Source: Candidatus Harrisonbacteria bacterium RIFCSPLOWO2_01_FULL_44_18 (GTDB taxonomy: Bacteria; Patescibacteriota; Minisyncoccia; UBA6257; WO2-44-18). From it: a stretch of DNA of 64,000 bases. This document shows, in pieces, positions 1-8,822 of this stretch. The notes under the pieces are model-generated. The model was given only the letters and a program-made list of their open reading frames with translations, ran no database searches and was not told the DNA's origin. The stretch is taken from contig MHJJ01000014.1 in NCBI GenBank assembly GCA_001817915.1, positions 3,695-67,694 of the forward strand, written 5' to 3'. The position numbers and the translations under genes are program-made. Every line of letters begins with the position of its first letter. Position 1 is the stretch's first letter.

Positions 1-136
1 TGGCGTAGAAGGCGCTAATGATGACGAAAGCCGCCAATGACGACTGAAGAATAATTTTGGATTTGCCTTTTGTTATTTTTAATAATATTCGCGGCGCGGG
101 ATTGTCGTCAGGGACTTCTTTTTTTTGTAACTTCAA
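1..136 (-). CDS. partial CDS (N-terminus only, runs off window start): hypothetical membrane protein
   Basis: Minus-strand frame is open from a possible TTG (134-136) preceded by AAGGAA. It translates to KLQKKEVPDDNPAPRILLKITKGKSKIILQSSLAAFVIISAFYA, which has a hydrophobic stretch. Too short to appear in the ORF track. Confidence 0.3.
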   Translation of the reverse strand, partial: MKLQKKEVPDDNPAPRILLKITKGKSKIILQSSLAAFVIISAFYA

Positions 137-185
137 AAAATTTCCTTTATTCGAAGGGGCTTTGATGTCAACTATGAGCGGCTCG

Positions 186-1337
186 TTATTTTTTGATAAT
201 TTCATTGAATAGTTTTAGAGTTTGGCGCGCCGTGTTCGGCCAATTAAATTTTTGAACATTCCGCAAGCCGGCTTCCTGAAGTCTTTTTTTGAGAGCGGGG
301 TTATCTAAAATTTTTTTAACGGCTTCCGTTAATTCTTCAACCCGCCAGGGGTCTATTAAAATAGCCGATTGACCCAAGATTTCCGGAAGGGAAGCGCGAT
401 CGGCCGCGATTACCGGACAGCCACAGGCCTGAGCTTCAAGCGGCGGGAAGCCGAATCCTTCAAAAAAAGAAGGATAGATAAACACCTCAGCTAAATTATA
501 TAGCAAAACTCGATCTTCGCCGGAAACCGGACCAAAAAGCGCGATATCTTTACCGTAAGACGATTTGCCGATTTCGTTGGCGATGTTTTGATAAAGCCAA
601 CCCGGCCGGCCGGCCAAAATAAGTTTTAAATCTTTGAAACGCGGATTGCTTTTTAGGGCGTTAAAAGCGCGAATGATAGCCGGGATATTTTTTCTCGGTT
701 CCAATGTGCCTAAATATAAAATAAAAGGCGAATCTAGCTTGTGTTTGCCGCGAAAATCTTTTAGGCGCCGATCATCAGCCGACATTTTTTTAAATTGATC
801 ATCAACGCCCGAATAGATGACCGAAATTTTTTCTTCGGGTACGGCCAGCAAGTTTACGAGGTCTGATTTTGTAAATTCGGAAACAGCGATTATTTTTGCC
901 GCTTCCTGGGCTTGCTTTTTGTAATTCTGGAGCCAATGCCAAAATTTTTGTTTTTGGGAAAAGAAATACGGATGGCGCAAAAAAGAAAGATCGTGGAAGG
1001 TAATGACGCGGGGCGTTTCCGTCTTGGCCAATATGTTAAAATGCGGGCTAAAAATTAAATCGGCCTCGATAAAACGATCAAGTTTAGGCCAGGAAAGAAA
1101 GCGGCTTGAAACTTCAAAAATTTTATTCGGAATTTTCCAATCGATAATTTTTAGAGATTGGTAATTGGTAATTGGTAATTGGTAATTTAACGGTTGCTTA
1201 CGTAGGCCGCTGTAAAACAAAAAATAGCGATTAGCCGAATCAACGGCCAAAAGCGTTTTTAATAAATTACGGGCGTATTCTTCAATCCCAGAAAGACCCC
1301 CGCGCGTTAATACCCGCGCGTCAAAGATTATTTTCAT
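186..1337 (-). CDS. glycosyltransferase, GT4 (GT-B fold) family
   Basis: 383 aa. C-terminal PSFFEGFGFPPLEAQACGCPVIA is typical of GT1/GT4 enzymes. Carries a heptamer-repeat insert (ITNYQLPITNYQ). Confidence 0.85.
   Translation of the reverse strand: MKIIFDARVLTRGGLSGIEEYARNLLKTLLAVDSANRYFLFYSGLRKQPLNYQLPITNYQSLKIIDWKIPNKIFEVSSRFLSWPKLDRFIEADLIFSPHFNILAKTETPRVITFHDLSFLRHPYFFSQKQKFWHWLQNYKKQAQEAAKIIAVSEFTKSDLVNLLAVPEEKISVIYSGVDDQFKKMSADDRRLKDFRGKHKLDSPFILYLGTLEPRKNIPAIIRAFNALKSNPRFKDLKLILAGRPGWLYQNIANEIGKSSYGKDIALFGPVSGEDRVLLYNLAEVFIYPSFFEGFGFPPLEAQACGCPVIAADRASLPEILGQSAILIDPWRVEELTEAVKKILDNPALKKRLQEAGLRNVQKFNWPNTARQTLKLFNEIIKK
1160..1187. repeat. heptanucleotide tandem repeat GGTAATT x4 (AATTACC on the coding strand) inside the glycosyltransferase CDS
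   Basis: Read directly: ggtaattggtaattggtaattggtaatt. The same AATTACY heptamer family occurs in leuS at 17049-17076. Confidence 0.9.
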
Positions 1338-1411
1338 ACAATCAATTTTTACTGTATGCTATATTTAGCGATTTGACAAAATAAGTCAGAGACTTTTCAA
1401 GGAGAAAAAAG

Positions 1412-2218
1412 ATGGTCGTTGACGGACGGGCGATAGCGCGAAAGATAATCAAAAGACTGCGCGCTCAAAAAACTCCGGCTAAAACTTTGGTGGCTTTGAT
1501 AGTTGACGGCGCCAGTTCGGCGGAGAAGTTTCTTGTTCAAAAGGAAAAAATCGCGAAAAAGCTCGGAGTGAATTTCAAAATCTGCCGATTTTCCGCTTTG
1601 ACGGCAACCACAGAATCAATTTTGAAATCACTGCGGGATTATTGCGGATCGGAAAATGTCGGCGGCGTGATCATCGAACGGCCATTGCCCGTTTTCATTG
1701 ACGTCAGAATGCTATTGAAAGAAATTACGCCCGCCAAAAATGTGGAAGCAGTTAATGAATTGGCGTTGCTCGTTGAGCCGGCGACCAAAACTTTTTTTAC
1801 CATTTTGAGCGAAATTAAACGCGATCTTGCCGGGCAAAATATCGCGGCGATTGGGAGAAGCGAAACCGTCGCCCTTCCCATCGGCAGATTTTTGAATAAA
1901 GAGAGAGAAAGATTGAAGTACCAATCCTTTACAATTATTCCGGCCAGGGAACTTTATAAACGCGCCTGGACAGAATGCTTGAAAAGCGCGGATATCGTTG
2001 TCGCGGCCGCCCGCATCCCCAATTTGATTACCGAAGAAAAAATAAAAGAAGGAGTGGTAGTCATCGACTTCGGTAAAAATGTTGATTTTGAAAACTGTAA
2101 AAATAGGGCATCTTTCATCACTCCGCCTCACGGAGGCGTTGGCCCGATTCTCGTAGCGCACGTATTTTCTAACTTCTACGCTCTGAATGGATCAACCCCT
2201 TTTTCTCTAATTTGTTAG
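1412..2218 (+). CDS. folD: bifunctional methylenetetrahydrofolate dehydrogenase/cyclohydrolase FolD-like
   Basis: 268 aa. Has an N-terminal DGRAIARKI start, GRSETVALPIG (the GRSxxVGxP-like NADP site) and C-terminal PPHGGVGPILVA, all typical of FolD. Confidence 0.8.
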   Translation: MVVDGRAIARKIIKRLRAQKTPAKTLVALIVDGASSAEKFLVQKEKIAKKLGVNFKICRFSALTATTESILKSLRDYCGSENVGGVIIERPLPVFIDVRMLLKEITPAKNVEAVNELALLVEPATKTFFTILSEIKRDLAGQNIAAIGRSETVALPIGRFLNKERERLKYQSFTIIPARELYKRAWTECLKSADIVVAAARIPNLITEEKIKEGVVVIDFGKNVDFENCKNRASFITPPHGGVGPILVAHVFSNFYALNGSTPFSLIC

Positions 2219-2246
2219 CGCCCCGATTAATCGCCGGGGCGTTTTA
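2219..2246 (+). terminator. intrinsic terminator after folD
   Basis: Stem cgccccg / cggggcg followed by tttt. Confidence 0.7.
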
Positions 2247-2291
2247 TAATTTCTGCCAGAATAACAGCCCATTAGTATTTTATTGATCCCG

Positions 2292-2323
2292 TACTTCTAT
2301 TTCACAATCGGAATATAGAAGTA
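2292..2323. repeat. hairpin repeat family tacttctatttcacaatcgNNNNatagaagta (copy 1)
   Basis: 9-bp arms tacttctat / atagaagta. A near-identical copy lies at 54723-54754. Confidence 0.8.
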
Positions 2324-2456
2324 TTAACTTGAACGGTTATACGCCCCCTTGTAGCCAGTTTATTTTTATAGTAGGATATATCTATTGTTATATTGTATGG
2401 TTTGACGCGGCTCACCATAAAATGGCACGAATGGTAATCATCATGCGAAAAATCTT

Positions 2457-2846
2457 ATGATTGATTCTGAAACTAACAAAAAAATAAAGCCGGGCGCCGT
2501 GGTGCGTGTTTGGGAGAAAATACTCGCCGAGGGCGGGTCTTCGCCCGACGCCTCGTCAAAGGCAAGCGCGTCTCGGGAGCGCGCTTCTAGTGGAAAAGAA
2601 AGCGATAAATTCCGCTTTAGCAAGTTTGAAGGCCTTGTTTTGGCAAGAAAGCACGGCAATGAGTCCGGAGCCAGTTTTATTGTTCGCGCCACCGTTGCCG
2701 GCGTGGGCGTTGAAAAAGTTTATCCTATTCATTCGCCAATGATTGAAAAAGCGGAAATTATCAGTTCGCCTAAAAAAGTGCGCCGCGCCAAACTTTATTA
2801 CGTTCGCGGACTTTCTAAAAAAGAAACACGCCAGAAATTGGGATAA
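2457..2846 (+). CDS. rplS: 50S ribosomal protein L19
   Basis: The C-terminal part FEGLVLARKHGNESGASFIVRATVAGVGVEKVYPIHSPMIEKAEII..VRRAKLYYVR matches the L19 signature. Carries a Ser/Ala-rich insert of about 22 aa after EG. Confidence 0.9.
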   Translation: MIDSETNKKIKPGAVVRVWEKILAEGGSSPDASSKASASRERASSGKESDKFRFSKFEGLVLARKHGNESGASFIVRATVAGVGVEKVYPIHSPMIEKAEIISSPKKVRRAKLYYVRGLSKKETRQKLG

Positions 2847-2876
2847 TGATTGAAAAACGGGATATTTTTAAATCCT

Positions 2877-2958
2877 GCCCAGGTGGAGGAATCGGCAGAC
2901 TCACTACTTTGAGGTGGTAGCGCCGTAAGGCATGCGGGTTCGAATCCCGCCCTGGGCA
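2877..2958 (+). tRNA. tRNA-Leu(GAG)
   Basis: Manual cloverleaf: acceptor GCCCAGG/CCTGGGC, anticodon stem CTACT/GGTAG, loop TTGAGGT, long variable arm, T-arm GGGTTCGAATCCC. No encoded CCA. Confidence 0.85.
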
Positions 2959-2959
2959 C

Positions 2960-2987
2960 TTGACAAATTCTGTGGATATGCTATAAC
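2960..2987 (+). promoter_or_regulatory. sigma70-like promoter TTGACA-16-TATAAC (TGC-extended -10)
   Basis: cTTGACAaattctgtggatatgcTATAAC begins 2 nt after tRNA-Leu. It has the same architecture as the promoters at 13983 and 22190. Confidence 0.6.
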
Positions 2988-3079
2988 AGGGTTATACTTG
3001 AGTTGGGCGAGCTTATCGTGAGCTCGCTTGATAGCTCAAGGAATCAGTTCTTTGGCAAGGTTTTTGAGTAGGAGGCGCT

Positions 3080-3427
3080 ATGAGTGCTCTCACGATCGTT
3101 CTGGCGGCCAGCATTGTCATCATGGTTTTCGCGGCGGCCCTGATCTACAAGAGCAGGAAGTCCGGGAATCGCAGCGGCCTCGCGTCGGCGGATCAGCCCG
3201 CGCGTCCTCGCCCGAAGGTTCGGTTCGGCCAGTTCGAGACCGACCAACGGGTGGCCGTGCGTGGCATCGATCTCTTCGGGCGAGTCGAAGATCGCATGAT
3301 CGGCATGGGCAGGATCGTCGGCTTTGCCAATGGTGGCCGGGCGGTTCTTCAGATGGACAACCATCGGCCCGGCGTGTTCGTACGGCGAGTCATGCGCCGC
3401 CTCCGTTCGCTTGAGGTGCCTCGCTAG
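3080..3427 (+). CDS. hypothetical single-pass membrane protein encoded in a GC-rich island
   Basis: 115 aa. AGGAGG lies 6 nt upstream. N-terminal TM segment LTIVLAASIVIMVFAAALIY. Third codon positions are about 80% G/C in this frame, which favours it over the antisense ORF in the same register. Confidence 0.65.
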   Translation: MSALTIVLAASIVIMVFAAALIYKSRKSGNRSGLASADQPARPRPKVRFGQFETDQRVAVRGIDLFGRVEDRMIGMGRIVGFANGGRAVLQMDNHRPGVFVRRVMRRLRSLEVPR

Positions 3428-3543
3428 TATCTCGGTTCGACGGTAGAAGATCGTGGTTTCCGCTACGGTCGCAGTAACTTCCGTAGCGGACTCCTCGGCC
3501 TTCTGAAAAGGCCGACCACCACTCTCTCGGTTCGTCAGCGGAC

Positions 3544-3583
3544 GGCCGCCCAAGGTAACCCCTTGAGGCGGCCATTTTTTTTT
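3544..3583 (+). terminator. intrinsic terminator closing the GC-rich island
   Basis: Stem ggccgcc / ggcggcc followed by a T9 run. Two more hairpins lie upstream (ccgctacgg/ccgtagcgg at 3461-3491; tcggcc/ggccga). Confidence 0.75.
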
Positions 3584-3603
3584 GATAAAATCATATTACC
3601 GAT

Positions 3604-4119
3604 ATGTATGAATGTTGCACTGAAGCGATAGTTTTAGATAAAGAAGATTTAGGCGAGGCGGACGCCCGAGTTTTTTTATTTACAAAATCGTTAGGTAAAG
3701 TTGTGGCGAAAGTTAAAAGCGCGAAAAAAATAACTTCAAAACTATCTTCGCATTTGGAACCGCTGAATTTAATAACCGTCCGGCTGGTGGAAAAGAACGG
3801 TTTTCAAGTGGTAGATGTTTTATCGAATCGGAAACTCCCGCAATCAGAGCTTCATATTTTAAATATGGTTAATCAGCTAAGCGCCGAGAATCAGCAAGAT
3901 CTTGAACTTTGGTCGGTTTTGACCGGCAGCATTGATTTAAGGCCGGTTGATTTTCAGAAACAAATTTTGAGCGCCTTGGGCTTTGATCCGAAATTCGCGA
4001 GTTGTCAAAATTGCGACAGACCCAGACCAGATTATTTTTCTTTGCTTGATACGAGTTACTTATGCCAAATTTGCGCGTTAAAATCAGGGGTTAGACAAAA
4101 TTGTTTTAAATTAAATTAG
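3604..4119 (+). CDS. recO: DNA repair protein RecO (short form)
   Basis: 171 aa. N-terminal OB-like EAIVLDKEDLGEADARVFLFTK and C-terminal Cys pairs CQNC..CQIC are typical of RecO. Confidence 0.7.
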   Translation: MYECCTEAIVLDKEDLGEADARVFLFTKSLGKVVAKVKSAKKITSKLSSHLEPLNLITVRLVEKNGFQVVDVLSNRKLPQSELHILNMVNQLSAENQQDLELWSVLTGSIDLRPVDFQKQILSALGFDPKFASCQNCDRPRPDYFSLLDTSYLCQICALKSGVRQNCFKLN

Positions 4120-4121
4120 TT

Positions 4122-5840
4122 ATGCTAACGAAACTTTATTGGATTTTAGCAATTGTTTTAATTTTGCTTATCGGTTTAGCCGGATTTTTTTGGTTTCAAT
4201 CCCGTTCAAATCAAGGCTTGGATTTGCAAATTAACGCTCCCGACGAAGTTTTAATTGGAGTGCCTTTTGATTTGGAAATCAACGTAACCAACGATTCCGG
4301 CGGCATTTTAAAAGACAGCAAACTTTCATTGGCCATTCCCGAAGATGTCGTGTTTGTGGGAAGCGCCGTCGGTAAAACCGTGGAATATAAAACATTGGGC
4401 AATTTGGGCGTCGGCAATTTGACCAAAGAAAGTTTTAAACTGATGGCGTTGGGCGAGGAGAATAGCTTGAGGCAAATCGAAGCCACCCTTAGTTATTTGC
4501 CGACTTCTTTGGGATCGCGATTTGAAATCGTAAAAAAAATTGATTTGGAAGCGGGCCAATTCGGCTTAGTTGTTGATTTAACGGCGCCGGAAAAAGTTTT
4601 CAGCGGCGAAGATTTTGAGATCGCCGCTTCTTATAAAAATGTTTCCGGCATTGATCTTTCGGGCCTTATCCTTAAAATGGAATATCCGCCGACGTTTAAT
4701 TTTATAGAATCTTCCTTGGAGCCGGACGCCGGGAACAATGTTTGGAATTTGGGAGATTTGCGGCGAGGTTCGGAAATGGAATTTAAAATAAAAGGAAACC
4801 TTATCGGCCCGGACGATTCATTTTTTGATTTAAGAGCCAGCCTAGAGGCCAATTTTTTGGGTAAAACCTATGTCATCAGCGGTAAATCGGCCAACGTCTC
4901 TATTTCGCCGTCGCCGCTCTCTTTGCGAATTTTCCTAAACGAGGATCCTGATTATGTTGCCGGGCCGGGCGATGTTTTAAATTATTCTCTGGCCTACGCC
5001 AACAACACCGACGTCGCGCTGCGGGACGTTGTTATTGAAGCGAAATTAATCGGTGAAATGTTTGACCTAAAAACTTTAAATACTAACGGAATTACCCGTT
5101 CCGGTGAAAACGCGCTGGTTTGGAACGCGTCAAATTTGCCCGAGCTGGCAGTTTTACCGGTCGGCGCTTCCGGGACAGTGAATTTTCAGACAAAAGTCGC
5201 GAACAGCTACCCCATAAAAAGATTGAGCGATAAAAATTTTGTTCTAAAAGCGGAAGCTCAAATTGAGTCGCCGACTGTGCCGTATTTTGTGGGAGCGCGG
5301 AAAACAGTCGGTCTGGCAAAGCTGGAAACTAAAGTTGCCGGGCAAATAAAAGTTGATACCAAAGTGTATTTTCGAGACGCGGCTTCAGGAATTTTGAATA
5401 AAGGGCCGATGCCTCTTAAAGCGGGGCAACCGACTCAATTTACCGCGCATTGGTTTATTACTAATTTTGGAACAGACGTCAGCGGCGTGGAAGTCAGAGC
5501 ATTTTTGGAAGGAAATGTTAGAATGATAGCAGATAAAACAAAGAGCAATAGCGGCGCTCTTCCGGTTTATAACGAAAGAACGCAGGAAGTGGTTTGGCTG
5601 ATAGATCGGATTCCGGCTACTAAAGGAGTAATCGGCGACCCCCTTGAGGCGATTTTTCAAATTGAGGCAATGCCTTCCGCTAATTTGGCCGGGACTTATA
5701 TGCCGCTTATAAAAAATAGCTCAATAACCGCCACGGACGATTTTACCGGATTAAAATTAAGCGGTTCGGATTTAGCCGCGACCACCGCGCTGCCGGACGA
5801 TCCGACAGTCGGTCCGCAAGGCGGCATCGTTAAGAATTAG
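4122..5840 (+). CDS. hypothetical membrane-anchored surface protein with repeated beta-rich segments
   Basis: 572 aa with an N-terminal TM segment (LYWILAIVLILLIGLAGFFWF). Long ORF, no domain I can name confidently. Confidence 0.6.
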   Translation: MLTKLYWILAIVLILLIGLAGFFWFQSRSNQGLDLQINAPDEVLIGVPFDLEINVTNDSGGILKDSKLSLAIPEDVVFVGSAVGKTVEYKTLGNLGVGNLTKESFKLMALGEENSLRQIEATLSYLPTSLGSRFEIVKKIDLEAGQFGLVVDLTAPEKVFSGEDFEIAASYKNVSGIDLSGLILKMEYPPTFNFIESSLEPDAGNNVWNLGDLRRGSEMEFKIKGNLIGPDDSFFDLRASLEANFLGKTYVISGKSANVSISPSPLSLRIFLNEDPDYVAGPGDVLNYSLAYANNTDVALRDVVIEAKLIGEMFDLKTLNTNGITRSGENALVWNASNLPELAVLPVGASGTVNFQTKVANSYPIKRLSDKNFVLKAEAQIESPTVPYFVGARKTVGLAKLETKVAGQIKVDTKVYFRDAASGILNKGPMPLKAGQPTQFTAHWFITNFGTDVSGVEVRAFLEGNVRMIADKTKSNSGALPVYNERTQEVVWLIDRIPATKGVIGDPLEAIFQIEAMPSANLAGTYMPLIKNSSITATDDFTGLKLSGSDLAATTALPDDPTVGPQGGIVKN

Positions 5841-5971
5841 GATTTTCCGTCAGAGGCGGATTCGCCTTCGGCGGAGGAATACAGAATTTAGGATTTAGGT
5901 ATAGGATTGGATAAATTCTACTTCCCTAAATTCTAAATTCTATATCCTATATTCTATTTTCAAAATCAACT

Positions 5972-7420
5972 ATGGATTTAATGGAAAAAATAGTTAATTT
6001 GTGCAAGCGTCGGGGTTTTATTTTTCCCGGCTCGGAAATTTACGGCGGTCTTGCCAACTCTTGGGATTACGGCCCACTTGGAGTTGAATTAAAAAATAAT
6101 ATCAAAAATGAATGGTGGAAAAGATTTGTGCGTCAGCGGACCGATATTGTCGGCATTGACGCCGCTTTAATGATGAATCCGAAAGTATGGGAAGCAAGCG
6201 GCCATCTCAAAGAATTTTCTGATCCGTTGGTGGAGTGCAAGAGTTGCCATAAGAGATTTAGGGTTGATGAATATGGAGACGAAGGAATGAAGGCGAAAAA
6301 AGAAAACCTTCCTGGTTTTTCTAACAAATCTCACCTTCTTAGTGTTAGAAGCAAAAATGATATTGCTTGTAAAAATTGTGGTTTAAAAGGAACACTTACT
6401 GATTTTCGTATGTTTAATTTAATGTTTAAAACTTTCCTCGGTCCTTCGGAAGACAGCGCCAGCGTCGTATATCTGCGTCCGGAAACGGCGCAGGCGATGT
6501 TTGTGGATTTTAAGCAGGTTTTGGAAACTGTCCGCAAGCGCGTGCCTTTCGGCATAGCTCAAGTCGGCAAAGCGTTTCGCAATGAGATAACGCCCGGCAA
6601 TTTTATTTTCCGTACGCGGGAATTTGAGCAAATGGAAATAGAATATTTTATCCGTCCGCCAGCCGGCGAAGAGTGGAAAAAGTATTTTGATATGTGGCTG
6701 GAAGAGATGAAAAATTGGTTAGTAAATTTAGGTGTTGATTTGAAGAAAATCCATTTTCGGGAAATCCCCGAGGAAGAACGAGCCCATTATTCAAAGCGCA
6801 CCGTGGACATTGACTATGAATTTCCGTTTGGCCAAAGCGAACTTTATGGTTTGGCGTATCGCGGCGATTTTGATTTGAAGAATCATATGGAAAAAAGCGG
6901 TCAGGATTTGCGATATACCGACCCGGATACCGGCGAAAAATTTGTGCCGCATGTTATTGAGCCGACTTGGGGAGTAGATAGATCAGTTTTAGTCGCGATG
7001 CTTGAGGCGTATCGCGAAGAGATAGTCGCGGACTCACGCGGACTGGACGCAGACTCGCGCGGAAAGAGAAGTAATGAGGAAGAAACGCGGGTAGTTATGA
7101 AGTTTCCGAAATGGCTCGCGCCGATAAAAGTCGCGATACTTCCGTTGTCCAAAAAGGAAGAGTTAATAAAAATCGCCAAGCCGCTATACGAACAGTTGGC
7201 TAAAAAATTCGTTTGCGAATATGACGAAACGCAGAGTATCGGCAGACGTTATCGCCGCCAAGACGAAATCGGCACGCCCTATTGCGTTACCGTTGATTTT
7301 GAAACAATAAATGATAAAGCGGTAACTATTCGCGATCGCGATACCATGAAACAGGAAAGAGTCGAGATTTCCGCTCTATCTAAAGTCTTAGAACAATCTA
7401 TTGGTTTCGGGAATCAATAG
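5972..7420 (+). CDS. glyQS: glycine--tRNA ligase (dimeric class II type)
   Basis: 482 aa. KRRGFIFPGSEIYGG..WDYGPLG and FRNEITPGNFIFRTREFEQMEIEYF are GlyRS signatures. Contains the insert ADSRGLDADSRGK. Confidence 0.92.
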   Translation: MDLMEKIVNLCKRRGFIFPGSEIYGGLANSWDYGPLGVELKNNIKNEWWKRFVRQRTDIVGIDAALMMNPKVWEASGHLKEFSDPLVECKSCHKRFRVDEYGDEGMKAKKENLPGFSNKSHLLSVRSKNDIACKNCGLKGTLTDFRMFNLMFKTFLGPSEDSASVVYLRPETAQAMFVDFKQVLETVRKRVPFGIAQVGKAFRNEITPGNFIFRTREFEQMEIEYFIRPPAGEEWKKYFDMWLEEMKNWLVNLGVDLKKIHFREIPEEERAHYSKRTVDIDYEFPFGQSELYGLAYRGDFDLKNHMEKSGQDLRYTDPDTGEKFVPHVIEPTWGVDRSVLVAMLEAYREEIVADSRGLDADSRGKRSNEEETRVVMKFPKWLAPIKVAILPLSKKEELIKIAKPLYEQLAKKFVCEYDETQSIGRRYRRQDEIGTPYCVTVDFETINDKAVTIRDRDTMKQERVEISALSKVLEQSIGFGNQ

Positions 7421-7433
7421 ATTAGAATCCAAA

Positions 7434-8717
7434 ATGGCAAATTTTAAAAAAACAATTCTCAAAAATGGGCTTAGGATAGTTTTGGCGCCCCAGGCCGACA
7501 GTTTAACGGTTACGGTTTTAGTTTTGGTTGCCACCGGTTCAAAGTATGAAACCAAAGAGATCAACGGCATTTCTCATTTTTTAGAGCACCTTTGTTTTAA
7601 GGGCACGAAAAAGCGGCCAACGGCATTGGCCATCACTTCCGAACTTGACGGCATTGGCTCCGAGTACAACGCTTTTACCGGCGAAGAATACACCGGTTAT
7701 CACGCCAAAGTTGAAGCTCGGCATACCGATAAAATTCTGGACATCATTTCGGATCTTTACGTGAATCCGATTTTTGATCCGGCGGAAATTGAAAAAGAAA
7801 AAGGCGTTATCATTGAAGAACTTAATATGTATGAAGACCTGCCGATGCGCAAAGTTCAGGAAGTTTTTACAGAATTGCTTTACGGCGATCAGCCAGCCGG
7901 CTGGCCAATCGGCGGCCGCAAAGAAATTATTCAAAAGATCGCCCACGACGACATTATCAAATATCGTTCTCGGCACTATGTCGCTAATTCGACAGCCGTG
8001 ATAGTCAGCGGCGGCTTTTCCGCCAAAGGCGGAGAAAAATTGCTGGTTTCAAAAATCGAAAAATCTTTTAAAAACGTACTTATAGGAAAAAAGGGAACTA
8101 AAATAAAAACTCAAATTAACCAAACTAGGCCGGCTGTTTCAATTCAGTATAAGGAATCGGATCAAGCTCATTTAGTTTTGGGTTGCCACGCGTATGATAT
8201 TTTTGATAGGCGCCGTCATGCCTTGATGCTTTTGGCGGATATTTTAGGCGGCGGGATGAGTTCTCGTTTGTTTCAAAGAGTCAGAGAACAAATGGGCGCG
8301 GCTTATTATGTAAAAGCCGATCCGGAATTGCATACCGATCACGGGTATTTCGCGGTTTCCGCCGGAGTGGATAATCAAAAATTATTGCCGGTTATTAAAG
8401 CAATTTTGGAGGAACTGGCAAAGATCGGCCAAGGTTTAATTTCTGATAAAGAATTAAAACGAGCCAAAGACCATTTAAGCGGGGGATTGATAATCGGTTT
8501 GGAGACATCGGACGCGCTGGCGATGTTTTATGGCGGTCAGGAGATTTTTAAACGTGAGTTGATGACTCCGCGGGAATTGTTGAAAAAGATTGATTCCGTC
8601 GCGAAAAAAGAAGTAGTGGCCGCAGCCAAAGACATTTTCCAAAACTCAAAATTGAATTTGGCGCTTATCGGCCCTCACAAGAATTCTAAAGACATTGAAA
8701 AAATTTTGAGATTTTAA
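7434..8717 (+). CDS. M16 family zinc peptidase (insulinase-like)
   Basis: Inverted zinc motif HFLEHLCFKG (HxxEH). Start moved to MANFKK, because the longer ORF overlaps the end of glyQS. Confidence 0.85.
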   Translation: MANFKKTILKNGLRIVLAPQADSLTVTVLVLVATGSKYETKEINGISHFLEHLCFKGTKKRPTALAITSELDGIGSEYNAFTGEEYTGYHAKVEARHTDKILDIISDLYVNPIFDPAEIEKEKGVIIEELNMYEDLPMRKVQEVFTELLYGDQPAGWPIGGRKEIIQKIAHDDIIKYRSRHYVANSTAVIVSGGFSAKGGEKLLVSKIEKSFKNVLIGKKGTKIKTQINQTRPAVSIQYKESDQAHLVLGCHAYDIFDRRRHALMLLADILGGGMSSRLFQRVREQMGAAYYVKADPELHTDHGYFAVSAGVDNQKLLPVIKAILEELAKIGQGLISDKELKRAKDHLSGGLIIGLETSDALAMFYGGQEIFKRELMTPRELLKKIDSVAKKEVVAAAKDIFQNSKLNLALIGPHKNSKDIEKILRF

Positions 8718-8822
8718 GCCGTGAAATTCAATTTGACTTATTTGTCGTGGTAAGCTATTCTTTATCGTAACAATTGTCGCCTTTTCGCGGTTCTCTTAAG
8801 TAGAGGACGGTATAAAATAAAA

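Noticed and set aside
3140-3175. RNase P RNA-like string GGAAGTCCGGG in the GC-rich island.
   Set aside because: It is only a partial match to the CR-I motif (GAGGAAAGUCCGGGC). I found no ACAGAAnCCGGCUUA-type CR-V partner or P4 pairing, and the region reads well as coding.
3028-3575. Alternative ORFs in the GC-rich island (3044-3553 minus, 3028-3414 plus, 3390-3575 minus).
   Set aside because: High-GC DNA keeps many frames open. The 3080-3427 plus frame has the SD sequence, a TM helix, and the highest third-position GC (about 80%). The 169-aa antisense ORF is in the exact antisense register and has the weaker GC3 pattern.
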